A stretch of DNA of 17,253 nt from contig CAZAPD010000093.1 in NCBI GenBank assembly GCA_964487115.1, positions 1 to 17,253 on the forward strand, in the 5' to 3' direction. The DNA comes from an uncultured Thermococci archaeon (GTDB taxonomy: Archaea; Methanobacteriota_B; Thermococci; Thermococcales; Thermococcaceae). Of the stretch, positions 15,233-17,253 are shown piece by piece (position 1 is the first letter of the stretch; every line of letters begins with the position of its first letter). The position numbers and the translations under genes are program-made. Below the pieces are notes generated by a model. That model did not search any database, had not been told where the DNA came from, and saw only the letters and a list, made by a program, of their open reading frames with translations.

Positions 15233-16933
15233 TCATGCCGCTGCATACTCTTCTGCTGGTCTCCTCCATGCAGCATACCAGTCAATGACGAGCATTATGT
15301 TGAGCAGGAGACCGATAATGGTTATCACTGATACCCAGATTCCGGGCTTTATTACAATGAGGAACCATATTAAAGCGGAGGTAACTGTAATCCACAGGAA
15401 TAATGCTGGAATTATCACTGCCCACTTCCAAGCACCGTGTGGGTTCTGAACCTTGGCAACCCATAGGGAAGCTGTCATGAGAGCTATGCTCGCAAGCATC
15501 TGATTCATACCGCTGAATGCTGGCCAGATTATGAGCCAGTTTCCTCCCCATGCCATATAGATACCAAAGAACACAAGGATTATCGAAGCAATCCACTTGT
15601 TCTTGAGTATCTCTGGGGCACTCGCCATCTCCATAATCTCCTGCCAGGCAAAGCGACCGAGTCTTGTTGCAGTATCCAGAGTCGTCAATGCAAAAGCTGC
15701 AACCCACAGACTTGCAAAGAGTGCAGCTGCTTCAGTGGATATTCCAAATGCGTTGTGCACTCCGAGGGCGTAGCTCTTGGCGAATATCCCCACCTTGAGC
15801 TTGTGGTGAACCACTTGAATGGCATACTGAGCACCCCAATTGTTGATGTCAACTGGTATGTTCATGCTCTGGAAGACTTGGAGACCATAGGTAGCTATTG
15901 AGGCAATGACTATCGTTGAAAGAAATCCTTCTGTGAACATTCCACCATAGCCAACCATTAGACCGTGGAGCTCATTGTCGAGCTGTTTGCTTGATGTTCC
16001 CGAACCTACAATGGAGTGGAATCCGCTCAGGGCCCCACAGGCAATGACCAGTGGTATCGTTGGCCAGAATGGTGAGGGTTTCCCACCGACGACATGGGCA
16101 CTCCATGTTGTGAAAGCTGGTGCGGTGAAAGTTCCAGCACCTTTGGCACCAACTATTATGAAAGCCAAGCCACCGAGTATTAATCCAAACCAGAGGATGT
16201 ATGCATTAAGGTAATCTCTTGGCTGGAGCAGTATCCACACTGGAAGCGAAGAAGCTATGATTACGTAGAGTCCAAGAGCGATGAGCCAGGTGTGAGTGCT
16301 GGCGTGTATGGGATATTTGAAACCGATGTAAATTGCTCCGATGAGCATTAAGATTCCGATTATTGTTCCCAGCTTAAAGTCTATCTGCCACTTATACAGG
16401 AGCAGTCCAAGAATTATTGCCACAAGCATGAAGAGCCATGAAGCTGTTGCTGCTCCGGGGGTGCCGACGAATATGCCACTTATCACAGCTCCAAAAGCGG
16501 CTACGACGAGCACCAGTGAGAACCAGACGTAGAGCTCGAAGGCCATGCTTGTTCTCTTGCTCATAAGCCTTCCTGCAATCCACTGGACAGACTTACCATC
16601 ATAACGCACGGATGACATCAATGCCAGATAGTCGTGGACAGCACCGATGAATATGTTTCCAAACCAGACCCACAGAAGTCCGGGCAGCCATCCCCAAGCC
16701 ATTGCAACTGCTGGACCCACTATAGGCCCCGCACCGGCTATGCTTGCAAAGTGGTGGCCGTAGAGAACTACTGGGTTTGCTGGAACATAATCGACACCAT
16801 CATAGAGCTTATGGGCTGGAGTTGGTCTGTTTGGGTCTGCTCTAACAACTTTGCTTTGAAGGCTTTTTCCATAGGTAAAATACATGCCAACATATATGGC
16901 CGCTGCTATCAGGATAACCACAGCGGAATTCAT
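15233..16933 (-). CDS. cstA: Carbon starvation protein A family transporter (peptide/pyruvate)
   Basis: TPAH...DGVDYVP, GHHFASIAGAGPIVGP, GAVHD, LPVWILLQPRDY, IACGALSGFH, SGTSSKQ and TTLDTATRLGRF motifs; many TM helices. GGAGGTG RBS before ATG 16933. Confidence 0.95.
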   Translation of the reverse strand: MNSAVVILIAAAIYVGMYFTYGKSLQSKVVRADPNRPTPAHKLYDGVDYVPANPVVLYGHHFASIAGAGPIVGPAVAMAWGWLPGLLWVWFGNIFIGAVHDYLALMSSVRYDGKSVQWIAGRLMSKRTSMAFELYVWFSLVLVVAAFGAVISGIFVGTPGAATASWLFMLVAIILGLLLYKWQIDFKLGTIIGILMLIGAIYIGFKYPIHASTHTWLIALGLYVIIASSLPVWILLQPRDYLNAYILWFGLILGGLAFIIVGAKGAGTFTAPAFTTWSAHVVGGKPSPFWPTIPLVIACGALSGFHSIVGSGTSSKQLDNELHGLMVGYGGMFTEGFLSTIVIASIATYGLQVFQSMNIPVDINNWGAQYAIQVVHHKLKVGIFAKSYALGVHNAFGISTEAAALFASLWVAAFALTTLDTATRLGRFAWQEIMEMASAPEILKNKWIASIILVFFGIYMAWGGNWLIIWPAFSGMNQMLASIALMTASLWVAKVQNPHGAWKWAVIIPALFLWITVTSALIWFLIVIKPGIWVSVITIIGLLLNIMLVIDWYAAWRRPAEEYAAA

Positions 16934-16977
16934 AATTGCACCTCCATGCAATTTTCAGAATAAAATTAGATAAGTGA

Positions 16978-17003
16978 CCTTTAAATGTCTTTCGGCAATT
17001 GCC
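16978..17003 (-). promoter_or_regulatory. cstA promoter: TTTAAAGG TATA with upstream palindrome GGCAATTGCC (16994-17003)
   Basis: Minus strand reads GGCAATTGCC-GAAAGACA-TTTAAAGG, about 45 nt before the ATG. Confidence 0.45.
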
Positions 17004-17108
17004 CTCTACTTTTTCGGTTTTCAACTAAAAAAGAAATGATAAAAAACTTAAAGGGCCATTCAGGTTTGTTATTGCTTTCCACTTGGGGGATAGTATTCGA
17101 TTTTATAA

Positions 17109-17253
17109 CTAACCGATTTCTATTAGTGGTTGTCCGGTGTCGACGGTGTCGCCTTCTTTTACGAGGATTTTTTTCACTATTCCGTCTTTTGGTGCTGGTA
17201 TTTCATTCTCCATTTTCATGGCTTCCAAAGTTAGTAATGCCTGCCCCGTCTTT
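17109..17253 (-). CDS. Biotin carboxyl carrier / biotinyl-domain protein, C-terminal part (truncated by window edge)
   Basis: Manual translation [47 protein letters not shown] contains the EAMKM biotinylation motif. Confidence 0.92.
   Translation of the reverse strand, partial: KTGQALLTLEAMKMENEIPAPKDGIVKKILVKEGDTVDTGQPLIEIG

Noticed and set aside
17135..17152. Short tandem repeat CGGTGTCG(A/C) x2
   Set aside because: Explained by the coding sequence GDTVDTG of the biotinyl domain.
1..17253. CRISPR array, transposase, integrase or defence genes
   Set aside because: No regularly spaced repeats and no recognisable mobile-element or nuclease motifs in any ORF.

Overview
Archaeal chromosomal window, most likely Thermococcales (GGAGGTG/GGTGAT RBSs, TTTAWA TATA boxes, a TGM site, a CGP-CTERM-like sorting signal). 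It has three blocks. (1) 1-5126: an uncharacterised metal/Fe-S cluster: DUF364, CGGC-domain protein, a small Gly/Arg/Trp-rich DUF5320-like protein, TsaA/TrmO, a DUF2250-like wHTH protein, a NifB/NifX-family protein and two tandem MinD-superfamily ATPases with inserted ferredoxin domains. Two promoters here share a TGCATATGCA palindrome and one carries a DtxR-like box. (2) 5189-10210: prefoldin alpha, a GalE-like epimerase, purA, and a secreted, C-terminally anchored GH57 glycoside hydrolase preceded by a TGM (TrmBL1/Tgr) site. (3) 10213-17253, minus strand: biotin-carrier protein (partial), CstA, an unannotated 56-aa ORF, a 93-aa small protein, a Cys-free ArsA/Get3-family ATPase, a degenerate DUF59-like protein and an N-anchored protein that looks CCDC47/DUF1682-like, then an alpha/beta hydrolase, a membrane protein and a HEXXH peptidase. 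The best candidate for an undescribed system is the CstA-associated Get3/CCDC47-like module. No rRNA, tRNA, CRISPR or IS element was seen. Family assignments come from motif recognition by eye, not database searches.
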